Positions 51,123 through 63,179 of a stretch of 64,000 nucleotides of DNA are shown here, in pieces; the stretch's first letter is position 1; every line of letters starts with the position of its first letter. A model generated the notes under the pieces. The model searched no databases, was not told the DNA's origin, and worked only from the letters and a program-made list of their open reading frames with translations. The position numbers and the translations under genes were made by a program. This DNA is from Camelus ferus (Eukaryota): the NCBI RefSeq assembly GCF_009834535.1, contig NC_045697.1, positions 108,254,001 through 108,318,000 of the forward strand, given 5' to 3'.

Positions 51123-51705
51123 TGCATATGGCAAGGTCTGGTCTGGAAACAGGAACCACACCAGTTATTGTGACTGGGAGGCTTTCAAATGAAGAATTGT
51201 TAACTAGAAAATGGAAAGAATAGTAAAAGAACACTAAGGCATCCTGAAGGTAGCAACTTTAGGAAGAGACTACCCCTCTGGCCTGGGGGAACAGAGAGTC
51301 AGAATTAGGACTAGACATTTGGAGGAAAGTCTCTGCCGAGCTGGGGCTCCAATCACGGAAAAGGAGGCGCTGCTCCCCTGGCGCTCGAGTCTCAGAAGGA
51401 GTGCCCTGAGGCTGCTTCTGCATGCATTGGGAAATACACAAACTGGACTCCCGCCGCTGCTACAAGAACAAATAGCAACCACTGAACAGAAGCAGCAAGA
51501 AAACCCTCAGAAATCCCCCATGAGGCTGCAAGTCTCTTCTCTTCTGATCCAGCTCCCAGCTCTCTCTCTCTAGTGCCCCCTATTGGTAGAACCTACCAGA
51601 AGCAACTGGCAAAGGCAAAATAAACTTGAGTCCTGCTCCAGCATCACAAGTCTCATACCAAGGTGGGGACTGAGCTAAGAGACAATGACTTAGTAACAGA
51701 CACAT
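51123..51705. mobile_element. LTR41-like ERVL LTR carrying a CTCF motif
   Basis: 'ggaaacaggaaccacaccagttatt...gaagaattgttaactag' and 'tagtgccccctattgg' resemble recalled LTR41 sequence. Confidence 0.55.
51571..51589 (-). promoter_or_regulatory. CTCF-type motif
   Basis: Minus strand reads CTACCAATAGGGGGCACTA, close to the CCASYAGRKGGCRS core. Confidence 0.55.
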
Positions 51706-53130
51706 CATAGCAAGTACTTCACATGCCATAAGTGAAGTTCGCAAAATTTAATGACCTGGGGTGTAGAATGGAGACAGTATTCCCCATCCGAAGATTATTA
51801 ACTACAAGCTCCATGAAGAGTGAAGAGTACACATTTGTCTGCTTGCTGACCACTATTTTTCTAGCTCCTAGAACAGTGCCTGGCCCTTCAAGGGCATCCC
51901 AGAATAATGGTAGTAACTGCCATTGTTATACTATTTTGAATAAATGCAGATTCTAAATCCTAAGTCTTAAAAACATTATTTTTAATTTTTAAAAAGTGGG
52001 CGGATTTGTTCAACATTACAAAGTCACCAAACTAAGTGTCGGGCCAGGAATGGAGCCTGGGGCCTGTCCTGATCCTGATGAGGACATTATGTGCCAGTAA
52101 TGGATTTGTTCTTTAGAACAGTGATGAGACTGAGCCCTGCGGTCACAAGGCATGATCTCTTTCCGACAAGGATGTTTGCTCATCATTTGCTAAGACGGGT
52201 GTCCGGCACTGCCTGTACTTAGGCCGGTGGTGTGTGGCCCTGAGATCCTCAGAGGGTTCCCCTAGGCTGGGTGTGTGGCCTCCATGGTGCCAGGGAAGGG
52301 ATCTGTGCTCTCTGGCTGGCTCCCGGGCACTGATGCCCTCCGTTGAGCTCAGCCACTGTTGCTCTGCATCCTTCATGGACACTCCTGCCTCCAGGCCAGC
52401 ATCAACCTGCAGAGGGAGCTGGGCCTGGTCCTCTCAGTGAGCAATGAGCCAGCCCAGGCCCAGGGGATGTTTCCAGAGTGTCTCAAAGTCTGCTGGACAT
52501 TTGCTGGGTTGTCTCTGGGTAACTGTCCTATTTGCTCTATGAAAAGACTTCAGGGGAGGAAAAATGGCTGGATAATCCTGGGATCTCTTCCTAGGGACTG
52601 GGGAGCAGAATTTGTTCTGGCTCATCTGGAGGAAGTAAAATTCAAGCTACAGCTCCTCCAACAGCCAGTTCTGCCCGAGGCCGCCCTGGGAGGTCCTCTC
52701 CTTTCGGGCTGGTGCGAGCAGGGCTTGGCTTACCCTCTTGGGGGACCCAGGGGGCCTCACCTGGCAGGAATCTGCCAGCCCACCTGGCCACATACCCCTC
52801 CTGGTTTCAGGGGGAAGGTTTCCCAGTGAGATCCAGTCCCAACTCAGAGTGTTTCTGCCCAGGTGAAAAGTCAGGAGCTCTAAAGTTTGTCCTTGTCTCT
52901 GTCCAAAATACATATTAGAATGGAGAAAATCAGACGTGGAAGTAATGGGGAAAGGACCAAGAGGGAACAGACAGGCAATGTAGACATGCATGAAACCATC
53001 TCCGTCACCTTCTTTGCCCTAGAAATAGCCTTTACGTCCTTCTGGTGATTACGTCTTGAACATTCCAGGGAATTCCAATACTGGAAAGAGAGAAAGAGAC
53101 TTACTGTAAAGGCTCAGGAGAAAATGCATC

Positions 53131-53181
53131 GTCACCAGGGTCCTGGTGTCACCAGGGTCCCGGTGTGACCAGGGTCCATGG
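53131..53181. repeat. 17-bp minisatellite, 3 copies
   Basis: GTCACCAGGGTCCTGGT / GTCACCAGGGTCCCGGT / GTGACCAGGGTCCATGG. Confidence 0.9.
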
Positions 53182-53724
53182 CTTCCTGGGCATTCTAGGG
53201 AAACAAAGGATTAACCCCGTAGAAGGTCCCAAGTAGTCTCCCTTCTGGGCACCATTGTGAAAAGGGGACCCCTGACTTGGGGTTCTAGAGTCTGAGGTCA
53301 GCCCTCCAGCCCCAAAGCTCACTGGGGGCACTCCACCTCCTAGGGTCTTTTCCACATCCCTAGGATTTCTCTCCGGCATCAGGGAGTTGGGGCCGCTTCT
53401 GTTTTTCCCACGCTCCCTGTTTCTTTCCCCAGAGCACAGTGTGGGCTCCTCCTCCCAGCTGTGTGAGCCAAAGTCCCTGCACGGCCAAGTCTTGACTCGA
53501 GGAGACAAATTGAAGGGCTTCTTGGTGGTGGAGCAATGCCGTGAACCTCCACTGTCTGATTCCCAAATCAGCTCTGCCCTAAGTGACTGTGAGGTGCCTC
53601 AGGTCCTTCTCAAGTGATGGGGTGATGGGAGTGGCAGGGGGCAGCACTTTCCATTCTTTCCCCTCAACCCCCCAACTTCAAAAAGGCAGTTTCACTTTTT
53701 TCTATTATATATACTGCAGTCATG

Positions 53725-55070
53725 TCCATTCACTCATTCAGTATTTACTGAACTTGTATTGAATGTCAGGCACGTTGCTAAGCATCTGGGTAGGATACAG
53801 AGGCGAAAGAGACAGACAATGTCCTGGCCCTTATGGAACTTAAATCTCAGTTGGACAAAAAGGAAAGAAACAAGGAAGTTAACAAACACAGAGTTCTAGG
53901 TAGTGGCCTTTAGGTCAGGTTCTATAGGAAGTGGACTCCGAGGCGGAGATTTGCAGGAGGTCTTGGGGGAGTGCTCTCAGAAATGACTTGTGTGAGGCGT
54001 GGGGGTGCAGGGTGGGCAGAGAGAGAAGCTGAACTGTGATGCCCTTGCAGCAGAAACCTCACCCGGTCCTTCGGGTGTGGGGGGCTCTGGAGCTTGGGCC
54101 AGTAAGCAGAGTGGGCTCAGCTGAGACCAGGGGACTGAGCAGTTGTACCCCCACGTGAGGAGCCACTGGATACAGGCTTCTCCAGAGAGTGGGCGTAAAA
54201 TGTGGGTGAGGCAGTTTCCTTGGCTGATGCCTGGCAAGTGCCTCAGGTGTGAGCTGTCGGCAGCTGACACTCCCAGCGGCCAAGGCAACGTGTGCCTCTC
54301 AGTCCTGAACGGGGTGCTGGTGGCACCGCACAACATCCACTCCACAGTGCTCACCGAGGTTCCGGAGAGCAGGAGTGAGGCAGCTGGGGAGGGTAACCTC
54401 CCTGAGGGGTCACTTGGCCAATGGCGTGATTGGCGTGAGGAAGTGAGCTGTCCAAAGTCAAGGGTACCCATGATTCTAAGCAGGGGCCACGGAGAAGGCA
54501 AAGCAGAGAACAAGCTTGGCACATTTGAAGAACGCCAGTAAGTCCAGTGGGTTTGGAGCCAAAAGAGTGGGGGTGGAGAGTGGTTCAGTCCTCAAGGGGC
54601 CAGAAAACCAGATGGCGGACCCCAGAAAAGAGTATGAATTTTCCTCCGAGGATGATGGGGAATGTTGGAGCCCTGAACAGGGAGAAATCATGATCCAGCC
54701 ACATGTTTCAACATATGACTTCACAGAAACAGAAGTGGAAGCAGGAAGACCTATTACAAGGCCAAGGCCAAGGCTAAGGCAGTAATACTTCCAGGTAAGA
54801 GGGGTGGGGGCTGGGAGCAAGGTTTCAGGTGTGGGGACCCTGGCTTGGAAGTGATGGGCTTCTCAATCTAGTTTGTAGGTGGAAGCAGGAGTTTGAGAAG
54901 AGAGAACCCGAGACTGATTTTAGGTTTGGGGGCCTGAACAGGAATAGAGGAGCAGGTGTAGAGGAGAGGAGGACATTGGCAATTCTATTTAGACATCTCA
55001 AGTTTAAGGGGCCTACTGTCACCCAGATAGAGATGCCGGCATGTGGATATACTTACCTGGAGCTTGGAGA
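53725..55070 (-). mobile_element. L2 element split by an ERVL-type LTR (LTR33/LTR16-like, ~53905-54350)
   Basis: L2 'cattcactcattcagtatttactga...gtcctggcccttatggaactt' resumes at ~54400. The insert has 'gggtgggcagagagagaagctgaactgtgatgc'. Confidence 0.6.
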
Positions 55071-55297
55071 CCCTGGTGAGACTTCACCTGAAAATAAATT
55101 TAGTGTTGCTGAAATAACACACACACACACACAGAAGACCACTGCATCATGTTTACCTGTTTACAGTTGAATTTTTACATGTTGTGGAAATTCATCTAGA
55201 GACCCTGGGGGAAAATAATGAGAATCTCTGATTTTAAGTTTGAAAGAGGAGCTGCCTGGCTATTTCCAAGAGGTAGGTCCATGGGGCAAGTTTGGGG

Positions 55298-56296
55298 TTT
55301 TTTTTTAATTGAGGTATAGTTGATTTATAATATTATATTAGTTTCAAGTGTACAACAAAGTGATTCAATATTTTTATAGATTATACTCTATTTAGAGTTA
55401 TTACAAAATAGTGGCTATATTCCCTGTGCTTTGCAATATATCATAATAGCTTATTTATTTTGTACATAGTAGTTTGTACCTCTTAATCCCCTACCCCTAT
55501 CTTGCCCTCCCTGCTTCCACTAGTTTGCTCTCTACATCTGTGAGTCTGTTTCTGTATTGTTATATTCATTCGTTTATTTTTCAGATTCCACACGGAAGTG
55601 ATAATATACAGTATTCGTTTTTCTCTGAGTTACTTCACTTAGTACAGTATCAGTCAGGTCCATGCATATTACTGCTAATGGCAAAGATGCACACTTCTTT
55701 ATGGCTGAGTAGTATTCCATTGTGTATACATACTACATCTTCTTTATCCATCTGTCTGTTGATGGACACTTAGGTGGCTTCCATAGCTTGGCAATTGTAA
55801 ATAACACTGCTATGAATGTTGGGGTGCATGTGTCTTTCCAAAGTAATGTTTTCATTTTCTCCAGATATAAACCCAGGAGTGGAAGTGCTGGGGCATATGG
55901 TAGTTCTATTTTTAGTTTCTTGAGGTGCCTCCCTACTGTTTTCCACAGTGGCTGCACCAATTTACCTCCCATTAACAGTGTACTAAGATTCTCTTTTCTC
56001 CACATCCTCACCAGCATTTGTTATTTGTGGCCTTTTTGATGATAGCCATTCTGACCAATGTGAGGTGGTATCTCACTGTGGCTTTGATTTGCATTTATCT
56101 GATGATTTTTTGCACCCATACTGTTGATTGCTAAACATAATATTCTGATCATGATGCTGAATAAATGTGTCTTTTAAAAAAAAATAGTGATGTTGAGTAT
56201 CTTTCCATGTGCCTGTTGGCCATCTGTATGTCTTCTTTGGAAAAATGTCTACTCGGATTTTCTGCTCATTTTTAATTGCGTTGTTTGTTTGTTTTT
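55298..56296 (-). mobile_element. Lineage L1 3' portion (ORF2 C-terminus, 3'UTR, poly(A))
   Basis: T-run then 'aattgaggtatagttgatttataa'. ORF 55733-56017 reads as L1 ORF2 (KLVQPLWKTV...KIELPYAPALPLLGLY...CTPTFIAVLFTIAKLWKPPKCPSTDRWIKKM). Confidence 0.93.
56104..56184 (+). pseudogene. HNRNPA1: Extremely 5'-truncated processed copy of an HNRNPA1-like mRNA 3' end
   Basis: Non-L1 insert 'gattttttgcacccatactgttgattgctaaacataatattctgatcatgatgctgaataaatgtgtc' + A9 closely resembles my recollection of the HNRNPA1 3'UTR end. It has AATAAA then an A-run. Confidence 0.75.
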
Positions 56297-57655
56297 CAAC
56301 TGAGACAGTTGACTTTGTCAGCAAGCCAAGAGTGGATTTCTCTCATCCAGATGGATTCACATGATCAATTTGATCTGGCTCCCAAGAGATGGCTACAACA
56401 GAAAATTTCTGTGTTTACCTTGAAAAATGCATTCATCTTATACTCATGTCACCAGTCATACCCATTCTTTCCCTGCAGGTAGAAACACACACATGGGAAA
56501 TGACATTCAAACCAAGGGGTTCCTTGTTGAATTGAAATCAGAGAGAGAGAGAATGAATTGAATGATTCAAACATGTAAGTTATTAAAGTATTAAAATAAT
56601 TCTGAGCGGATTGATAAATAACTTTTGCCCTGAGGCTCTCATATGCTCCCACTCACAGCCCTTCCCACAACAGAGACTCCACAGATGCCCCAGCCACTGG
56701 AGAATAAATGCTGGGCGTGGTGGGGATCCTAGGTCCCTGTTCCAGCTGTAGCTGAAGCCTTTCTTGTTTGGTTGATGCTTGTGCCACATGGGTTGTTCAC
56801 GATGTGGACTCTCATCCCTGCTTAGGGGTCCAGTGCTAATGACCTAAAGCCCTTCCCCTTGTCCCCCACAGAGACAAAGCCCAGAGTCTTCTAATGTGTG
56901 GAGGCCCCGCCCCCCAACCCCCAGCCTCGTCTGGGCCAAATCTGGAACAAATCTTCATGCACTCACATCCTCAGCTCCTTTTTCTCCATGCCCGTGGTGC
57001 TCCGTGCTATTCTGTCCCTGGGGATGTTCCTACTGTCAATCCAGACCGCCCTGGTCTGAAATCCATCCCGTCCATGTAAGGAGACTTGGAATATATCTCC
57101 TTTGATCTGGTACCGGCTGGCTTCCTAATTCTTCTCTCAGAGGGAAATTACATTTCCCATTTCCAAGTTCTTGGGGGATTCCTCACAGCCCCCCCTCCCC
57201 ATAGCCTACCTACCCTGAGGAGTTTAATTTTCATGGACTCCAACAGGGCTCAAGCTGAAAGAGACCTTAATAATCATTTACTCCACCCCTCTTGTTTTGT
57301 AGACAAGGTAGCTGAGGACCTGAGAAGGAATGGCCAGTTGAATGATTGTTCATAATGAATATAATATTTACTACCAGCACAAATCACAGAGAAGGCGTTA
57401 ATAAACTGATCCAAAGCAGAAAGCCACTCACTTACTTTTTTATAGCCGTATCAGCCTGGTGACCTTCCTGAACAAACAAAAGCCAGCGCCGCCACTGGGG
57501 GAGACGCCAGGGAGCAGTCAAAGGCCAGTGCGGCTCCACAGGCAACAGAGAGCCAGGAGTGGAAGTATCAACACCCACCTCACAAAGGAAAGAGAAGAAC
57601 TCAAGAAAGGAGTGGCAGAAGCTTTAGTAAATGTTTAATGAAGGCAGAGTGTACA

Positions 57656-57786
57656 GGGGGAGGGTATAGCTCAGTGGTAGAGTGTGTGCCTAGCGTGCAT
57701 GAGGGCCTGGGTTCAATCCCCAGCACCTCCATTAAAAGTAAATAAACAAACCTAATTACCCCCTCCCACCCCCGGGGAATAAAAAA
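57656..57786 (+). mobile_element. Vic-1-type SINE (long form)
   Basis: 'gggggagggtatagctcagtggtagagtgtgtgcctagcgtgcatgagggcctgggttcaatccccagcacctcca...cctaattacccc'. Confidence 0.9.
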
Positions 57787-58499
57787 GGAGCATATAGATG
57801 TTCTAATGCAGCCCCTTTTTTTTCAAGCAAGGAAGTGATGGGATAGAAGTTTGTATTGTTTTGACCTCCCAGCATCCATTCCCTCTCTTGACAGCTGCTG
57901 ATTTTCTCTTGTGGACTCACTCCCTCCAACTTGGCGTGTGAGCCCTGGTCCCCGACTCCCATCCCTGAAGCCAAAGATCTGGTTTCCTCCTCCTCCTGCC
58001 CCGGCGCAGCAGTGCACCTGGCAGGGGAGCTGTTCTGCGGGACTCAGCCCGCCTTGGCTGCCTCACCCTGATGGGGGTGTTCCCACCCCAGCACAGTCCC
58101 TGGGCCCTGCCTCTCACCCTCCACGGTGCCAGGGTGACTGCCTGGCTCTCCAGCCTTTTCCCATCAGGTCACTGTGCTCTCAAAAGCATCTCATTCAATT
58201 TCTGTGTTGCTCAAGCGAGCCTGAGTTGCTTCTGTGGCTGACAACCAAAAACCTCCGATGGATGCAGTCCCCCAAGTCACTCACCCAGAGGCAGAGTCAC
58301 ATCCAAGTCTGCCCTGAGTCTCATACGCAGCTCTGTTGTAGGCTGAGTCGTGTCCTCCCAAGTCTCTATGCTGAAGTCCTAACCCCTGTCATCTCGGAAT
58401 CTGTATTTGGAGACACGGTCTTTACAGATATACTGCAGGTAAAATGAGGTCGCGTGGGAGGCTCTAACCCGACATGGCTGGTGTTTTTATAAGAGGAGG

Positions 58500-59200
58500 T
58501 GTGGACAAAGAATGTCACCTGCCGTACCAGTAAACAAGGATGTGGCAGCCATCAAGCCATCAGCCACTGCAGCCACCCCGACTGTGTACCCCGAGGGGAC
58601 TCGGGATGGAAGAAAGCAGGAGACTGGCCCTAGCCAGCTAAGTGCGGTTCAAAGAAATGATTTCAGTGAGTCCAGACTTTTGCATCTTCCCCTACACAGA
58701 AAAGTACTAAATTCCTTGTCATTACAGGCCGCCACAAGACAGTGAATGTAGTTGCCCGTGCCTCACAGTACAAACCTGTTATTTATCCATTTTATATACA
58801 CCAGTCAGTATCTGCAAATCTCAGACTCCCAATTTATCCTTTCCCACCCATCTTCCCCTCCCTGGTCACCATGATTTTGTCTGTGAGTCTGTTTCTGTTT
58901 TGTAAATAAGTTCATTTGTGTCTTTTCTTTTTTAGATTCCATATGTAAGTGATATCATGTGGTATTTTTCTTTTTCTATTCTGGCTTATTTCACTTAGAA
59001 TGACAGTAATCTTTTCATGTTCCAACTACCTGGTCTTTGTTGCAAAAACTCCCATGTGTCCTGGCTCCTCCCCTGCCTCTTTGGAGCAGTCCCTCCGAGC
59101 TGTCTGAGAGGCTGCCTCCTGGACTTAAGTCCTCAGCACATCTGCCAAGTAAAACAGAAGTCTCAGTTTTTAGGTTGTGCTTTTTTTTTTTCAGTCGATA
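58500..59200 (+). mobile_element. ERV1-class solo LTR nested in MLT1B
   Basis: Ends TGTGGAC...GTCGATA (degenerate TG..CA inverted termini), with 4-bp TSD GAGG at 58496-58499 and 59201-59204. Confidence 0.7.
58716..59004 (-). mobile_element. L1 3'UTR fragment nested in the ERV LTR
   Basis: 'ctgtgagtctgtttctgttttgtaaataagttcatttgtgtc...tagattccatatgtaagtgatatcat'. Homologous to 55430-55640. Confidence 0.85.
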
Positions 59201-60259
59201 GAGGAGATTGGGACAGAGTCACAAACAGGAGGGAAGACTGTGAGGACGGAATGAGGAGGCAGCCACCCACAGCCAAGGAGAGAGGCTTCAGAAGAAACCA
59301 ACCCTGCCAGCACCTTGATCTTAAACTGCTGGCCTCCAGAACAGTGAGAAAATAAACCTCTGTTGTTCAAGGCCCCCGGCCTGCGCTACTATGTCACAGC
59401 GGCCCGGGCGGACAGAGACAGGACTTTCCGCTGCCCTGGTGCCACTGTTTTTTGGATATCATGCCAGCTTCATCATACCAGTTAGTCCTGAAGGAGCTCA
59501 AATTAGCAGGCTGTTCTTAGAATGAAATTTCCTGGAGAGGCTTCAAAAAAAAAAAATCTCCCTGGTGATACAGACACTGAGAGCCATTAAAAAAAATAGC
59601 CAGCCCAAGGCATCAGAGTGGGTCCTCCTTCATTTCCCCAGTGATGGACAGCACCCAGGTGAGCAGGCTAGATGGCTCCTTGGAGAAAACCATATCATTT
59701 CATAAGAAATAAGTGAGAATTGCAGGCCCCAGCTGACAAGGGATTTTCTCTTGCTCTCCCAGCATCTGCATGGAGGGGGCGAAGCGGGCAGAGACTTAAC
59801 TCTGATATTGGATTGGAAAGGGGAGGCGGAAGATCTGGAAGAAAGGCCCCCTTTCTCCCTCCCACATTCCTCTCCTCCAACACACTGTAAGCAAATCATC
59901 ACCGACCCGCTCCCCTGCGGCAGGCAAATCCTTGCAGAGGTCTCTCAGGGAAAAGAGTCCTGAGGTTACCTCCGGAGGCTCAGAGGGACGTGCTTCGGGC
60001 TGAGGGAATGGGAGGCCAAAGGGCTGGATATTAATGGCGGCTATCATCACCCGCTCTTAACATAATGGAAGAGCCCTTCGCAGGGCAAGGCTGGGGCCGC
60101 CTCCCACAGCAATGCAATCTCCCGGAACACAGAGTGGGCGGTGACAAGCAGTTTATCTTCAGTTACTCCGAGGCCTTAAATCATTATCAACCCAAAGCCG
60201 GCCAGGAGGCAAACCACTGACTCCCAGCAAATGCAGATATGCACAACGTGAAGGCTATG

Positions 60260-60713
60260 TGTTATGTGGTGACTGAGGTCCCCTTTTCCCCAAAAGCGAT
60301 GTTGGAGTCCTAACTCTTGGTACTTCAGAATGTGAGCTTGTTTGGACAGAGGGTTTTTACAGAGGTGATCAAGTTAAAATGAGGTCTTTAGCATAGACCC
60401 TAATCCAGTATGACTGGTGTCCTCATGCAAAGGGGAAATTTGTACACAGAGACACACAGATGGAGAATGCCACGTGAGGATGAAGGCAGAGGTGGCGGTG
60501 ATGCTTCCACAGCTAAGACTGCCAGAGATTCCCAGCAAACACCAGAAGCTAGGGGATGGCGTGGGACAGATTACCCCTCACAGACTGCAGAAGGAATCAA
60601 CCCCGGCAACATCGTGATCTCAGACTTCTAGGCTCCAGACCTGTGAGAAAATACCTTTCTGTCAAGACTTCCAGTTTGTGGTACTTGCTATGGCAGCCCT
60701 AGCAAACTAATAC
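60260..60713 (+). mobile_element. MLT1C-like MaLR LTR, near full length
   Basis: 'aagttaaaatgaggtc...ccctaatccagtatgactggtgtcct...caccagaagctagg...tttgtggtacttgctatggcagccctagcaaactaatac'. Confidence 0.85.
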
Positions 60714-60989
60714 CCTTGGGAAAACCCTAGTCCACTGGGGGAAGAAAAAGTGGTCCTGTCTCATCATAAACAATCAGCCATGCTAATGGATCGACAAGAG
60801 GGAGGCCGAGCCCTTCCTTCCATCATGGCTTTGCCTGGGTAACGTTTACTCAACAAACGGAGGTCCCAAATAATTACTTTTTCAAGGGGCGTTTCCTCTT
60901 TTGAAGAGCACCTTCCAGCTGAATCAGGGTGATCGGTGGTGGCAGGAAGTAAGGAGGCTGCTTTCTAAATGGCCATGGCCTTCCTGGTC

Positions 60990-61129
60990 CAGTTGCCCGA
61001 TTTAGCAAATAAGAATTCAGGATGCTCAGTCCAATTTGAGTTTCAGATGAATGACAGATGGGTTTTTTTAGTGTAAGTACATGCCAAATATTTGGGATAA
61101 AATATCCCTGTGTTTTCCTGGCAGCCCTA
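60990..61129. mobile_element. MER53-like hAT MITE
   Basis: 'gttgcccgatttagcaaataagaattcaggatgctcagt...ctggcagcccta'. Confidence 0.65.
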
Positions 61130-61447
61130 CCCCGGTCCCCCCTTGTTCATCCTCCGTGTCTATTCCCCTCATCCCTAGGGGAGGAGGGTGGCCCTTCATT
61201 CAGCACATCACTGAGTCAAGGTGAAGGAGGTGAGAGGAAGTGTCAGCAAGGAGGCAAGTTGGTGTGTCTCCTGGATGCTCCCCGGCTGAGGGATGGTCCC
61301 TGCCTCTGACTGCGGGGAAGGTTAAGGCCCTACCCTCATGAGGAGCCAACAGCCAGGCCAGCAAGAACAGCCTCCATAGGGCTCTGGCCTGGGGGTAAGC
61401 AGAGGGCCAGGAAAGAAAAAAGAGGACCAGGCCAGAAAGAAGGAGGC

Positions 61448-62003
61448 TGTTATCCCAAAGAGGGGAAGGGAAAAGACTCCAGTTCTTGTCTTGCCTGAAA
61501 GATAAGAATTCAGACAGGAGACAGAAGAGTTGTGTAGCAAAAGATTTTAAAAGTTTTATTAGCAAAGGGAAAATACAGCTCCAAGAACAAGAAGTGGGCT
61601 GATCCAAGGGCAGAGAGCAGTGGTCTTTGTTTGCCCCTTCTCTTATATCCTCGCTTAGAGGTGGTCTCTTGATTGATTGACAGCTCTTGCCCCTGGAGTG
61701 CTCAGTCATGCTCATCCTCTTTTGCACATGTCCTTACCCATGATGCACACAGAAAAACCCATGGAGTTGGGGGCTAAACCGAGTGCTAATTATATTACAA
61801 TGAGCACTGGATCATGTCCGGTTAGGTCCTTGTTGCTACAGCACAGTTGTGGCTGTCAGGTTCTAACCAGTTTCTTGCTGGCACTCATTTAGAGGAAGTA
61901 AAGCTCCTTTATGCTGAAGGCAGGCATACCTCCATCTCCTGGACCATCCTCCTTCTCCTCCACCTTATTTGCCTGGTGGCCCCATTTATCTAACTACCTA
62001 ACA
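61448..62003 (-). mobile_element. ERV solo LTR
   Basis: TGTTA...TAACA inverted termini, near-TSD GAGGC/GGGGC, minus-strand AATAAA (tttatt ~61555) and TATA-like box (ttata ~61643). Confidence 0.75.
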
Positions 62004-63179
62004 GGGGCTTCTGGGCAACCATCTGAAGATGACTCTGTGGGACCTCAAGGTCACCTTAGAAGACAGTTTTGAACTGTGCTGTGGACTCAAAGGTTTGCAT
62101 GATTATGGATTATTTTTAAGTCTGTGATCTTTCTGGTGAGACCTGCATCTGCCTTCTGGGCATGATCACAATTGCCTGGGCTTTGTTTGTTCCTGGGCAT
62201 GAAGTGGGGCAGCCTCTCAGTAGACTCTGCACCCTGCACTCTGCCTGGCACACGTGGGATGGTCAGCGAACGTCTGTCAAGCAATGAAAGAATGACAGTC
62301 ACTGCAAGAGAGAGTTCAGACACTCCCTCCTCGGAAATAAAAAACCAGGAAGTCAACTCCGAGCGTCTCCCTTATCCCAGGCACATTGGAACCATCAGCC
62401 GGCTGAGTGCCAAGACCCTAGCTTAGAGAGGCTGCAGCGCCGCAGTAGCGCTGTGAGCTGCAGATGTGAGCAAGGCTCGGTGTGGGAAGCACACCTTGTT
62501 TGTGGCTAAATAAGGTTGATATGGGCATTAGTACCAGTGTAGCTGGACGAGAGTCTTATTTGCAGGCCCAAATGCCCCAGACTTTTCTCATAGGCCAGAG
62601 AGAGCAACCAGGTGGCCCCTAGTGTCCAGCCAAACCCCAGGAGGCTTGAAATCCAAACACACTGCCCAGGTGATCATTTATCTTTCAATGTTTTAAACAT
62701 TGAACTTGGAGCCCTCAATCTGGTGCCTGCTACACATGACAGAGAAGGTCATCCCACCTTGGATACGGTGCACACGTGGAGGGCAACAATTAGGAAGGAA
62801 GGAGGGAGCCGGAAGGAAAAGAGAATTGAATGGAAATTTAATCTAGCCAATATGCAAATCTGGTTTCTTCCATGAGGACCCCTGATTGAATAAGGACTTC
62901 ATTGCAAGCCTTTTCAAGTTTTGCTGGTTTCTTTTTAGAGGACAAGCGTGCATTTGATTAGTTGCCCATTAAATCACAGGAAAGGGGCTTGGCTTGAGGG
63001 GGTGGGTAGGACAGTTAGAAGCTGGTAAAATGTGAATAGCTCCCCTTCTGAGGCTCACAGAGCTCTTTGGACTCCTTGTTCTCCTGTTGACAAATCCCAG
63101 TGTTGGAAAACAGTTTTAATTACTGAAATCTACATTGCCTGTGGGCTGGATGGATCCCACCAGCACTTGTAAAGCACCT

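Larger units (their letters stand above)
58334..59420 (+). mobile_element. MLT1B-like MaLR LTR split into 58334-58499 and 59201-59420
   Basis: 5' 'tgttgtaggctgagtcgtgtcctcccaa...tgaagtcctaacccc...tataagaggag'. 3' 'gccaaggagagaggcttcagaagaaaccaaccctgccagcaccttgatctt'. Confidence 0.85.

Noticed and set aside
53131..53181. CRISPR-like array
   Set aside because: The units are directly tandem with no spacers, there are no cas genes, and the DNA is mammalian.
7658..57786. Seven apparent tRNA-Ala genes
   Set aside because: They have A-rich tails, TSDs, an extra 5' G-run and no oligo-T terminators, which marks them as SINEs. Only the 49139 copy is kept as a structural curiosity.
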